DNA from: Promethearchaeota archaeon
GTDB lineage: Archaea; Asgardarchaeota; Lokiarchaeia; Sigyniarchaeales; SOKP01
NCBI GenBank assembly: GCA_016930515.1
Contig: JAFGGO010000129.1
Location: 1 to 64,000, forward strand
Length of the DNA stretch: 64,000 nt
Direction of reading: 5' to 3'
Of this stretch, positions 49,372 to 59,600 are shown piece after piece; within the stretch, counting starts at the first letter, position 1, and the number at the start of each line of letters is the position of its first letter. The notes under the pieces were generated by a model, which was not told the DNA's origin, ran no database searches, and saw nothing but the letters and a program-made list of their open reading frames with translations. A program made the translations under genes and the position numbers.

Positions 49372-50772
49372 ATGAAGTATTTTTGTTTGACCATCGCAGG
49401 AGCAGATCCTACATCGAGCGCTGGAATACAAGCGGACATTAGGACATTCGATAGATGTGGCATACATTCCTTTTCGGTCATCACTGCCATTACGAACCAA
49501 ACGGCCACTGAATTTTTTAGTTATAAATCATTATCGGATACATTAGAAAGTCAATTAAACGCCATTTTAAAACATTATCCCGTAAGACATGTAAAAGTGG
49601 GTATGATTCCTGACATAGAATCCTTAGATATAATCGCAGAATACATTCAAAAATATAATCTGATTGTTGTATACGATCCGGTTACTATTTCAAGTGCAGG
49701 TAAGAGATTATCCCTTGAAGGCATTGAACCTCACATTGAACAAAAACTATTACCTCTTGTAAAAATACTCACGCCAAACCTCTCAGAGGCTTCAAAGTAT
49801 TCTGGTATTAATCTTTTAGAAATAAAATTCAGCGACACATTAATTCTTCGCAAGGCTTGTGACACTTTATTAAACAAGATGTACGCAGGATCGAGAAAAA
49901 TAAACCAAGAAAAGGCAGTAATCGTAAAAAATGCTTTATCAACTCGTGAAACGGTCATGGATTTTTCCGTAGTTAATAGAATGACAGAGAAAGGTTTTGA
50001 AAAACAATACAAAAAATGGGAGAAACCAATGATCAAATTTAAGGGGAATGTTCACGGTACGGGATGCGTTTTCTCCTCGGCAATAACGGCCTACTTAAGT
50101 TTGGATAACGACATCGAGGAATCGCTTTGTCTCGCAGAAAAGTTTTTTGACGAAAAATTTTCAAAATTTATTGAGCTTCCCGAAGGTGGAAAAGTCCTGG
50201 ATTTAACAGTGTCTGAGGAACGAAGAAAAGTTATCAATCAAGTGAAGGAAGTGTACGATTACATATCAAAGGAAAAGAGATTTGTAAAATTGATTCCCGA
50301 GGTTCGACTTAACATATCGTGTTCCCTCCCTAACGCTAAATCGAAGATCGATATCGCAGGAATCGAAGGAAGAGTAACCATAATTAATGGTTTTCCACAA
50401 GCATGTGGCGATATTAAATTTGGAGTTACAGATCACACCGCAAGATTAATTTTAGCAGCGAAAGAATTTGATAATTCAATTAACCTTGTAATCAACCTTA
50501 AATATAAAAATAAATATGTAGCGTCTATTCAAGAAAATACAAATTTATTTACCTATGAATTCGTAAGGGAAAGCCAACCAGACGAAATTCGAGACAAAGA
50601 AAATTCCACCATGCAGTGGCTTATTAAAAAAAGCGTGGAAAGAACTGGGAAGGTTCCGGATATTATTTGGGATAAAGGAGCAGTGGGGAAGGAACCAATT
50701 ATTAGGGTTTTTGCCAAAAATTCAGGCGATTTAATATTAAAATTAAACACCATTATTTCAACCATAATGTGA
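49372..50772 (+). CDS. thiD: HMP/HMP-P kinase-thiamine phosphate synthase fusion (ThiDN)
   Basis: TIAGADPTSSAGIQAD, TPNLSEA, HGTGCVFSSA; ThiN part LIPEVRLN, DHTAR, GKEP. Confidence 0.92.
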   Translation: MKYFCLTIAGADPTSSAGIQADIRTFDRCGIHSFSVITAITNQTATEFFSYKSLSDTLESQLNAILKHYPVRHVKVGMIPDIESLDIIAEYIQKYNLIVVYDPVTISSAGKRLSLEGIEPHIEQKLLPLVKILTPNLSEASKYSGINLLEIKFSDTLILRKACDTLLNKMYAGSRKINQEKAVIVKNALSTRETVMDFSVVNRMTEKGFEKQYKKWEKPMIKFKGNVHGTGCVFSSAITAYLSLDNDIEESLCLAEKFFDEKFSKFIELPEGGKVLDLTVSEERRKVINQVKEVYDYISKEKRFVKLIPEVRLNISCSLPNAKSKIDIAGIEGRVTIINGFPQACGDIKFGVTDHTARLILAAKEFDNSINLVINLKYKNKYVASIQENTNLFTYEFVRESQPDEIRDKENSTMQWLIKKSVERTGKVPDIIWDKGAVGKEPIIRVFAKNSGDLILKLNTIISTIM

Positions 50773-50878
50773 AATCAATAAAATTCTGAATTCATTTCCA
50801 TAATTTAGCCTTGGTTTGAAAAGTTTTTTAACCGAAAGATCGTTATTAGACAAAACAACAACATGTTAGGTATGAGTC

Positions 50879-51775
50879 ATGGTTAGCGAAGCATTTAAAA
50901 AAATATTTGCGATGATTAAAAGCACACAAAAAGTTGGAGAAACTCGAAGCGTTGAGCAAATAAGAGACGGTATGAATCAAATTAGTAAGATGTCAAAGCT
51001 TCCTGATGATGTGAAGTTAGAGGAGATCCTCGCTGATGAAGTTGACGCTGTTTGGATCACCACTCCAGAATCAAGTTACCTCCCCGTTATCGTATATATG
51101 CACGGTGGTGGATATATATCTGGGTCACCAAGCACGCATTACAATTTGTGTTCTTCTATTGCCAGAGTTGTAAAAGGGAGAGTTATTTCAATTGATTATC
51201 GTTTGGCTCCAGAGCATCCCTTTCCTGCTGCTTTAGATGATGCTATCATGGTTTACAAATACCTATTAAACGCGGAAGGTATAAGTCCTGATAAGATTAT
51301 CTTTGCAGGAGATTCTGCAGGAGGAGGATTAGTTATTGCTACACTCTTAAAATTAAAAGAAATAGGCGAGATTTTACCAAGAGCTGTCGTGTGTTTTTCT
51401 CCTTGGGTTGATTTGATGTTATTGGGAAATTCATTTAAAACTCATGTTGAAAGAGACCCATTCCTCACGCCAGAAGTGTTGAAATCTGCTTCAAAATGGT
51501 ATTGTGGACAAAAGAACCCAAAAAATCCTTTAATCAGTCCGCTTTATGGAGATCTTAAAGGGTTACCCCCCATCCTTATTCAAGTAGGGACCGAAGAATT
51601 GTTATTAGACGATTCTGTGCGCCTTGCTAAGCTAGCTAAAGAAGCGAGTGTGGATGTGACCTTGGAGATTGATGAGGGGATGATCCATGTGTATCAAGCG
51701 TTCGTCGCCTTTGCCCCTGAACCCAAACAAGCACTCGATCGAGTAGGAGAATTCCTTAAAAAACAAAGTAATTAA
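50879..51775 (+). CDS. HSL-family esterase
   Basis: HGGG, DYRLAPEHPFPA, GDSAGG. Confidence 0.92.
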   Translation: MVSEAFKKIFAMIKSTQKVGETRSVEQIRDGMNQISKMSKLPDDVKLEEILADEVDAVWITTPESSYLPVIVYMHGGGYISGSPSTHYNLCSSIARVVKGRVISIDYRLAPEHPFPAALDDAIMVYKYLLNAEGISPDKIIFAGDSAGGGLVIATLLKLKEIGEILPRAVVCFSPWVDLMLLGNSFKTHVERDPFLTPEVLKSASKWYCGQKNPKNPLISPLYGDLKGLPPILIQVGTEELLLDDSVRLAKLAKEASVDVTLEIDEGMIHVYQAFVAFAPEPKQALDRVGEFLKKQSN

Positions 51776-51829
51776 TCTGTTTGTATCTTACTTTTTAGAA
51801 TAAATTCTCTGTTGCTTGCCTTTTCGTAA

Positions 51830-53140
51830 TTAATGTTTTTTATTCAATGCATCCTTGAGAACTTTAATTGCGCAAAATTCACCGCACATGCTACAGACTT
51901 CTTCGTCATTTTCACCTTCACACTTGTTTCTATAATGAATTTTTCTTGCGGTATCTGGATCAATGGATAAATCTATCATCTTGTCCCATTCTAAGTTTTT
52001 TCTGGCGATATCGACTTGATGATCCCAATTCGACGCTTTTTTCCCGTATCTCGTTATGTTTACTGTATGGGCGGCTATTTTGGAGCATATAACACCTCGC
52101 TTAACTTCTTCCTTAGTGGGCAAGCCTAAATGTTCCGAAGGGGTCACATAACACAAATAATCCACTCCAGCCATACCAGCAATGACGCCACCAATAGCTG
52201 AGACGATGTCGTCGTATCCAGGAGCAACATCAGTGACTAACGGCCCTAATACATAAAAGGGTGCACCCTCACACAAGGCTTTTTGCATCTTGATGTTCGC
52301 TTCTATCTCGTGAGCGGGAACGTGACCGGGACCCTCTACCATTACCTGAACGCCTTCTTTCCAAGCTCTTTTTACTAATTTTGATATTTCAAGCAATTCT
52401 TGAACTTGTGAATAATCAGTAGAGTCAAAAATGCATCCTGGTCTGCAACCATCCCCAAGAGAAAGCGTGAAATCGTATTCTTTTGCCATATCTAATAGAT
52501 AGTCGTATCTGCGATTAAAGGGGTTTTCTTGCTCGTTTTCGAGGATCCAAGCCGCTAAAAAAGTGCCTCCTCTTGAAACGACCCCCATGGTTCTTGGATG
52601 GGTTTTTAAATGATCAATAATTTCTCGAGTAACGCCAACATGTATCGTGAAAAAATCCACGCCTTCTTTGGCCTGTTCTTCCACGACATTAAACAGGTCG
52701 TCTTCGTCCATGTTAATAATTGCGCCTTTTTTATCGAGTGCCCGTAAAGCAGATTGGTAGATAGGAACCGTTCCTATCGGTACGGATATTTCGTTGAGGA
52801 TTCTTTTTCTGATGGATCGAACGTCATTTTCCGTGATTCCCGTGCTGAGGTCCATTACCGTGTCGGCACCAAATTGAACGGCAACTTTAGCTTTCTCTAC
52901 CTCCGTTTCTATATCACATACTTTCTTGCTTGAACCAATATTAGCGTTAATTTTTACGAATAAACCCTCTCCGATGCCAATGGGTTTCTCAAGGTTTCTA
53001 GCGTTTGATTTTAGGACGACAATTCTACCGTTTGCGATTCCACGTCGTAAAAATTCTATATCAACTTGCTCAATTTCGGCAACTTGTTTCATCAAATCCG
53101 TGGCAGATCCGTTTTTAGCTTGGTTCATCAAAGTTGACAT
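51830..53140 (-). CDS. thiC: Phosphomethylpyrimidine synthase
   Basis: KINANIG, SRGG, EGPGHVP, CYVTPSEHLGLP, CSMCGEFC. Confidence 0.97.
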   Translation of the reverse strand: MSTLMNQAKNGSATDLMKQVAEIEQVDIEFLRRGIANGRIVVLKSNARNLEKPIGIGEGLFVKINANIGSSKKVCDIETEVEKAKVAVQFGADTVMDLSTGITENDVRSIRKRILNEISVPIGTVPIYQSALRALDKKGAIINMDEDDLFNVVEEQAKEGVDFFTIHVGVTREIIDHLKTHPRTMGVVSRGGTFLAAWILENEQENPFNRRYDYLLDMAKEYDFTLSLGDGCRPGCIFDSTDYSQVQELLEISKLVKRAWKEGVQVMVEGPGHVPAHEIEANIKMQKALCEGAPFYVLGPLVTDVAPGYDDIVSAIGGVIAGMAGVDYLCYVTPSEHLGLPTKEEVKRGVICSKIAAHTVNITRYGKKASNWDHQVDIARKNLEWDKMIDLSIDPDTARKIHYRNKCEGENDEEVCSMCGEFCAIKVLKDALNKKH

Positions 53141-53286
53141 GTAATTATACCTCGAAAAGTTGCTATTTTATCTCACCTTACAAGTTAAATTTAATATAGA
53201 AAGAATTTTAACTTTTTGGCTTATACAATCATAAGAATCCTAATTTGGTTTTTTATGCTTTACTGAATTATTAAAAAGAAAATTTT

Positions 53287-54243
53287 CTAAGTAGGAATTT
53301 GTTTTAAAAAAATAATTGTATTTAATATATTTTTAGAAGCCCATATCCATTCTAAGTCTTGGTGTATTATAGCGTTGCTTCCGTAAAAAACCTCACGAGC
53401 AGTTGCGTTTTCAAATAATTGAACATAACACCAAGCCGTTAGGTATTTTCTAATTTCTCCCGCATCTCCGCCCGCTTCAAAATGATTGGCACCAATCAAC
53501 TTTCCGTAAAAAGTTGGCACGGGTGAAAGGGAATATGCCACATCGCTTCTTGTTGCTGGAGGGCATATCAAATCTTCAGTTCCAGCAATTAATAAGATCG
53601 GAGCATTTTGAGAAGACATCGAACCACCATGATTCACGTAAACATTATACGGAAGCATTAGTGGTACTATACAGGTAACATCATCACGCTCTCTGAGCAA
53701 GAGGGTAGATGCCGCCCCTTGAGAATGACCTGTAACGCAGATTTTTTCCACATCAAGGGTTTGGTAAAAAGGACTTAAAGGATCGTCGTTTTTCGAGATC
53801 ATGAGTTCCATTGCGGCTATCATCGTTTCACCCTCTCCCGTATTTTCATCGTTAGGACCAATCACCACGAAACCGTGGGATGCTAAATGTCTCAATAAAT
53901 CACTATACGATGAAGGCAACGCGCCTGTCCCATCACCCCACACGACGATCGGGTGCTTCATGCCATCGCGACCCAAGTCCGTTGGATAATAGATGCTATT
54001 TTCTTCGAAGTCTTTATTTTCCGACACATCAAACGGACCAGACTCTTCGTAGAAAATAAGATTTTCTAAAGTAGGGAGATCGTTATTTCTTGATTGCAGC
54101 ACTGTATAACCAATGGATAAAACAGATATTGTTATTAATGCTGTTATGATTACAATTACAAAGATCGATTTTTTTTTCATAAGTAATTCATACGAAATCG
54201 AGTATTTTTTTTGATTTCTGATGAAATCAATTAAAAAAATCAT
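53287..54243 (-). CDS. Membrane-anchored alpha/beta hydrolase (cutinase/chlorophyllase-like)
   Basis: N-terminal TM; HLASHGFVVI, GHSQG, GTED, ANH. Confidence 0.8.
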   Translation of the reverse strand: MIFLIDFIRNQKKYSISYELLMKKKSIFVIVIITALITISVLSIGYTVLQSRNNDLPTLENLIFYEESGPFDVSENKDFEENSIYYPTDLGRDGMKHPIVVWGDGTGALPSSYSDLLRHLASHGFVVIGPNDENTGEGETMIAAMELMISKNDDPLSPFYQTLDVEKICVTGHSQGAASTLLLRERDDVTCIVPLMLPYNVYVNHGGSMSSQNAPILLIAGTEDLICPPATRSDVAYSLSPVPTFYGKLIGANHFEAGGDAGEIRKYLTAWCYVQLFENATAREVFYGSNAIIHQDLEWIWASKNILNTIIFLKQIPT

Positions 54244-54280
54244 TTAATTTTTATTTTAAATCATTTACTTTTCAATTTAC

Positions 54281-54751
54281 CTAACAATATCCTATTTTGA
54301 GCTGCTTTAGGAGTTCAACAAGCGAATCCGTGAGATTATAATTTTTAATTTCTTTAAAAGGGACAAAACAAGCGTCTAAAGCGTCATCCTGTGCCATAGG
54401 AGGTTGATCGGGATCACCTTCGAGCTGTTCAACGAAATAGTTAAGGAGGACGTAATGATATTCCACTTCCCCATGTTTATCTCTCATGATTTTATCAATA
54501 ATTCCTGCGAGTTTGGTGACCTTTACTTTTATTCCCGTTTCTTCAAATCCCTCTCTTTCCGCCGCTTTTTGGGTTCCTTCCCCTAATTCAAGATGACCTC
54601 CAGGAATGCTCCAACGACCAGCATCGGGATCGTATTTTCTTTTAATGAGGAGTAGGTGATCGTTTCGAACTAAGATGACACCTACACCCACATGAGGTCT
54701 TACAGGATAATGTCGAGTGTCAAAAGCGGTCAGTTCTTTTTTATTCTTCAT
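54281..54751 (-). CDS. NUDIX hydrolase
   Basis: GGHLELGEGTQKAAEREGFEETG Nudix box. Confidence 0.92.
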   Translation of the reverse strand: MKNKKELTAFDTRHYPVRPHVGVGVILVRNDHLLLIKRKYDPDAGRWSIPGGHLELGEGTQKAAEREGFEETGIKVKVTKLAGIIDKIMRDKHGEVEYHYVLLNYFVEQLEGDPDQPPMAQDDALDACFVPFKEIKNYNLTDSLVELLKQLKIGYC

Positions 54752-54871
54752 AATAATAAAATTACTTTTTTAATATTACGGATAATACTTCGCTCCTTCT
54801 AAGGATTTTTATTTAGAGCTATTTCATTCCTTACGGATAAAAAATAAAAATTATTATTCATTTCATTAAGC

Positions 54872-55357
54872 ATGATACGCCCTTGGTATTGGCCCGAGGG
54901 GGGACAACCACATAGAACAGAACCGTTCACATGGATTGTAAAAGATAATATGGCAGCATCCTGGTGGCCAGACCCTCCCGTATTTAAAAGATATGAAAAA
55001 GAAGGCATCAGAGTTGTGATTAATTGTTCGGAATTCGACAATAGAAAGGATGTTCCTAATCGATTTACATATTATCACATAAATATACCAGATTATGGCA
55101 TCCCAACGGACAATCAAATTGAGAAATTTTTAGAAATTACAAAAAAACACGCAGAGAAAAAAGAATCAATAGTTGTTCATTGCGTGGCGGGCTGTGGCAG
55201 AACAGGCCAAATGATTGTGGCTTGGGGTGCTTTTAATGGACTCATTCCTAAAGGACTAGACCCTGTTCAATGGATTAGAAATTATAGGAAGTGCTCGCTT
55301 GAGACGAAAGAACAAATGTCGCTTGCAAGAAAAATTGCGAGCAAGTACCAAAAATGA
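54872..55357 (+). CDS. Dual-specificity protein phosphatase
   Basis: IPDYGIP, HCVAGCGRTG, ET..Q. Confidence 0.92.
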   Translation: MIRPWYWPEGGQPHRTEPFTWIVKDNMAASWWPDPPVFKRYEKEGIRVVINCSEFDNRKDVPNRFTYYHINIPDYGIPTDNQIEKFLEITKKHAEKKESIVVHCVAGCGRTGQMIVAWGAFNGLIPKGLDPVQWIRNYRKCSLETKEQMSLARKIASKYQK

Positions 55358-55461
55358 ACTTTAAACGATGAATTTCAAGAGTAAAACTTAATTACCTGCA
55401 ATTTCATAATTTATATATATCGCTCAAAAAAAGTGATAAATTCAAGGAAATTCGCATCCTC

Positions 55462-56586
55462 ATGGACAAATCTGATTATATATACATGATTATCGATAAC
55501 GTGCTGGTCTTTGGCATCAACACTGACCTGCAAGGAGAGAAGCTGAAAGAACACCTCAATAAATACGACGAACAGGTTATTAAGGCTGTTGCAGGATTTA
55601 GCCAGAAATTCCTCGAACATTTCCTCATCGTATCCAAGGGAAAAACACAGTCAGAAATAGAAGATCTCATTAAAAAAATGGAAAATATTTCGTACATGAT
55701 ATCACCAATGGGTTCCTTGCATTATCTCAGGGAAGAACAATTAGAGTATATATTAACCAAGTTAGGATCTCTTGAGTTAAGTGAAATTTCTGAACAGGAA
55801 ATTAGCAGGATAGCCGACGAACAAATAGAAAAGCAATTCGGAGGAACCGTAAACTATAGCGAATCACAAGCTTTAGAAGCTCAACTTTCTAGTGCTGCGT
55901 TCTATTTATCTGGGTTGGGCTTCCCACAAAGCGTTATTAACCAGAAATTAGACGAAGTAAGGAAGGAGCCGTCAAAATTAGATGCTTTATTTAATGTGGC
56001 AGCACCAAGCTCTTCAAATCACCCACCAATGTACGCAGAGGAAAGCACGGATAAGATCGTTTCGAGCCACGATGTTGAAAAAGCCATTGATGGGTATATT
56101 GAATCGATCAAGCAGGACATAACAGAGGAACGGGCTAAAAGAGTTGCAGAAATTATGGTAGAAATCAAGGATTATGTGCAAGAAAGTTTGGACGCTCGGC
56201 ACGAAAGGGTATTTAAAATGATCCACCCCGATCGACTTTCTCGAGCGTTAAAAATGTTAAAAAGCGTTAAAAAGAAGTCGAATCGAATCGGACTGTACAT
56301 AGAATGGTTTTTTTGTTCTCATCTCATAGAAAATATAGAATTTAAGGTTGAACATTGGCAAGTAAGCTCTCAGGCAGGCCATGGGAGTTCAGGAGTATAT
56401 AGCGCGGGCATTGCTTTCTCGAGATACGATCAGATCATTCGCGAATTTAACGATAGCAAGCTAACAAAAGTCGTTAATATATGTCGTAGAATTTTACAAA
56501 CTCCTTCTAAAAAAGCAATTCAAAAACTCGGACAAGATCTCGTAGCAGAGACGGGTTTTGATGAACATTTATATTTTACTGATTAA
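55462..56586 (+). CDS. Hypothetical protein
   Basis: 374-aa ORF with coding-like composition; no motif recognised. Confidence 0.75.
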   Translation: MDKSDYIYMIIDNVLVFGINTDLQGEKLKEHLNKYDEQVIKAVAGFSQKFLEHFLIVSKGKTQSEIEDLIKKMENISYMISPMGSLHYLREEQLEYILTKLGSLELSEISEQEISRIADEQIEKQFGGTVNYSESQALEAQLSSAAFYLSGLGFPQSVINQKLDEVRKEPSKLDALFNVAAPSSSNHPPMYAEESTDKIVSSHDVEKAIDGYIESIKQDITEERAKRVAEIMVEIKDYVQESLDARHERVFKMIHPDRLSRALKMLKSVKKKSNRIGLYIEWFFCSHLIENIEFKVEHWQVSSQAGHGSSGVYSAGIAFSRYDQIIREFNDSKLTKVVNICRRILQTPSKKAIQKLGQDLVAETGFDEHLYFTD

Positions 56587-56693
56587 TTTTAATATGTTTT
56601 TTATATTAAAAAATTTTATAAGGGTAAATATTCAAATAATCGAATAAAGCATTCAAGAAATGATATTCTTGCTTGAATTGAATAAAAAAAAAA

Positions 56694-59600
56694 TTATGTT
56701 GATTTTATTGTTTTTTTCTTCCTTAAAATCACCGTAGCTATGCTTAAAAACGCAATTAATATGAAGAAATCGCCAAAAGGTATGGTTCCTCCCTTTATGT
56801 GAATTGTATGTTCATTAATAGTTATAAATGCTACTTTCGTGAATATATAATATTCATAATAATAATCGTCATAAACTATTATTGTAACATTATAAATGCC
56901 AGGTGTACTATAAGCGTACGTTGTGCTTTGTCCATGACTAAAAAGACCGTCACCAAAATACCAGAGATAATCAGAAATCTTGTTTCCTCCGATGCCAGTG
57001 TAACTAAAAGAGATCGGTTCGTTCACATATGCGATTGTTTTATCGACAGTAAAGTCTGGAAATATGAGCAAGTTCATTTCTGCATTCGTACCTGTAAGAG
57101 AGAGGTAATAATTTCCACATCCATAATTAAAAGTTCCGTTTAAAAGCATACCCGTACTCCTTTCGTACCAAACTAGCCCTGATCCTGGAATACTTTGATC
57201 TTTCAAGACAATTATTTCCAATGGTCCTATTCCTGGATAATTACATACAAGTTCATCAACAAATTTAAAGCAATGATCTCCCTCTGGTCCAACGCTTATT
57301 AAGATATTCTCATCCATCGACATGTTGTTAAAGATCCAAAATGGAGTGTGTGAGTTAGATGCAAAAAGCCCTATTCTCGAAGTAAAGTACATTCTTCTTG
57401 TTTTCTCATCGAATTCCCAATCGTAGAGATCTGGAAAGTAGAATAAGTGAGCCCTGCAAGTACCATCAGGATTAACAGAATACTTGATAGGGAATAGGGA
57501 TGTCGTGCTTTCCATATCGATAATATTCAAAGTCATTGTATAATTAACATTCATGCCATTAAATGGAAATTTTTCCTTTACAGTGAAGATCTTCTGTCCA
57601 GAAGTTAAAGCGTGAGATCCATCGGAATAATCTACTTGAAAGATTTCAAATTCGCTAGCATTTTCTAGTCTAGAGCTGAAATAATAACAGCAACCGTCCA
57701 TGTAGTTATTATCTAAAGGATCTTGCTTGATCATTTGGAATTCTAGCCCTTGAATAACAGTACCAATGATATATTCTGGAGCATTGTTGTCGAGATCATA
57801 GTAATCAACTGTAAATACGAAGGTGGAGTCAACATATCCAATATTGGGAGTCACACGCAAATTTTCTAAGAATGGTTCATTGTAATTCGTAGATTCAGCG
57901 ACCGTTAAATAATATTCAGGACTAACATTAGAGAACTTACCATCGTCGCATTCAAAATGATATGGATGGTCTCCTGGTTGAAAATATTGCTTTACTTCAT
58001 ATATGCACCCATCAATATAATTCATATCGTTTAAGTCTTGTTTATTCATGGCGTATTGCTGTCCATCTATTATTAAATAAATCCATTCTGGCTCGTTGTT
58101 GTCAACATCGGAATATATAATTCTAAATGTAAATTCAGTGGCTTGATTTCCGTTGCTAGGTCCTTTTTTAGCTTCAGATAATAAAGGTGCATTTAGATTT
58201 GGTTTTGGTACGACAGGAGCGTTAGTACTCACGAGTTCGTAGGAAGTGTAATAATACACCTTATATGTGTGATACATTGCCTTGAGGAGAATTCCCGTGT
58301 TTTTTTCAAACAAGGCTACGCTTTGCTCAGATTTGTTTTCAGTATCTTTTAACACCCAGGCATCTAGTTCTCCAATTCCAGCGATCTTATAAGTAGTTTC
58401 ACCAACAACCTCAAACTCGTGATCGCCTTCATTCGAATTCATAAAAATCGGGATTTTATCTCTAATCGATACATTAGTAAATATCCAGTTGTTTGTGTGA
58501 GCCTTTCCTGTCAATCCATATGATTCAAAAGATTCTCCAGACCATAATCTCGTGCTTCTACTCACATTTCTTTCACCATAAGAAATGGATGGAGTTCCAT
58601 CCTCAGAGGTCCATGTTATTGTTTCTTCGAAGAGATCTCCTGAAATTTGAGAAAAACTGCAATTTTCAAATTCTGTAGGAGCGCAATAAGTTTTTTTCAA
58701 GTAATACAAGTACATTTCATCAAAGGGATATTGATTTCCCAATTCAACTTTGGGACCAGTCATTGGGTTTGTAGCATGGGAGTAAAGCCCATTAAAGCAT
58801 ATAAAGCTGTATGTAATTACACCTCTTTGAATAAATGTTGATCGATATTCATAAGTACACCCATCCATAAAGTTATTATCGGAAGGTGTTTGCTTTATCA
58901 TAGAGTACGCCGTAGAATTGATAATCACATAGATCTCATCAGGTTGATCGTTATCGAGATCAACATAATCAACCGAAAAAGTAAAGATGGTAGAACCTTG
59001 ATATCCCAACATTGGATTAACGCCAGCATTTGATAGAACGGGCGAGTTATCGTTTTGTGCGGAGCTTATTACGAAATTAGTGTCCCAAACTAATGATTTA
59101 ATGAATCTACCGTCCTTACAAATAAAAGTAACATTATAACTTCCGGGTTGTAAGTATGTTTCATATTGATAAGTGCAACCGTCTGCGTAATTGTCGTCGT
59201 TCGAATTTACTTTCCACATTTCATAAATTTTTCCGTTAAGGGAAAGTTGAACATAATTCGGACAAATATCGTCTGGATCTAAATACATTACGGTGAAGGT
59301 TAAAAGATCTCTTTGCGTCGGTGTTCCAGAATAAACAATATTACCATTATATAAAGTAGGTTCGGATGTATTTGTCACAATAGAGAGGGTTAAATCACCT
59401 TCTCCCGAAATGGCTTTTACGATTAGGAAGAATATTCCCGTCTGTGATGGAGTATAGGAGAGCTCCTCGATACCACCCAGGTCCGAAGATACGCTAGAGG
59501 CAACTAGGATAGGCTCCCCTGTTGATGTAGGAATTGAATTGTATAAATAAATATCGAAATCAGCATCTATTGGTACTAAGAGCTCAAATTTATATTGCTC

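Noticed and set aside
53141-53286. TPP riboswitch upstream of thiC
   Set aside because: No CUGAGA or other conserved aptamer core; the region is AT-rich and promoter-like.
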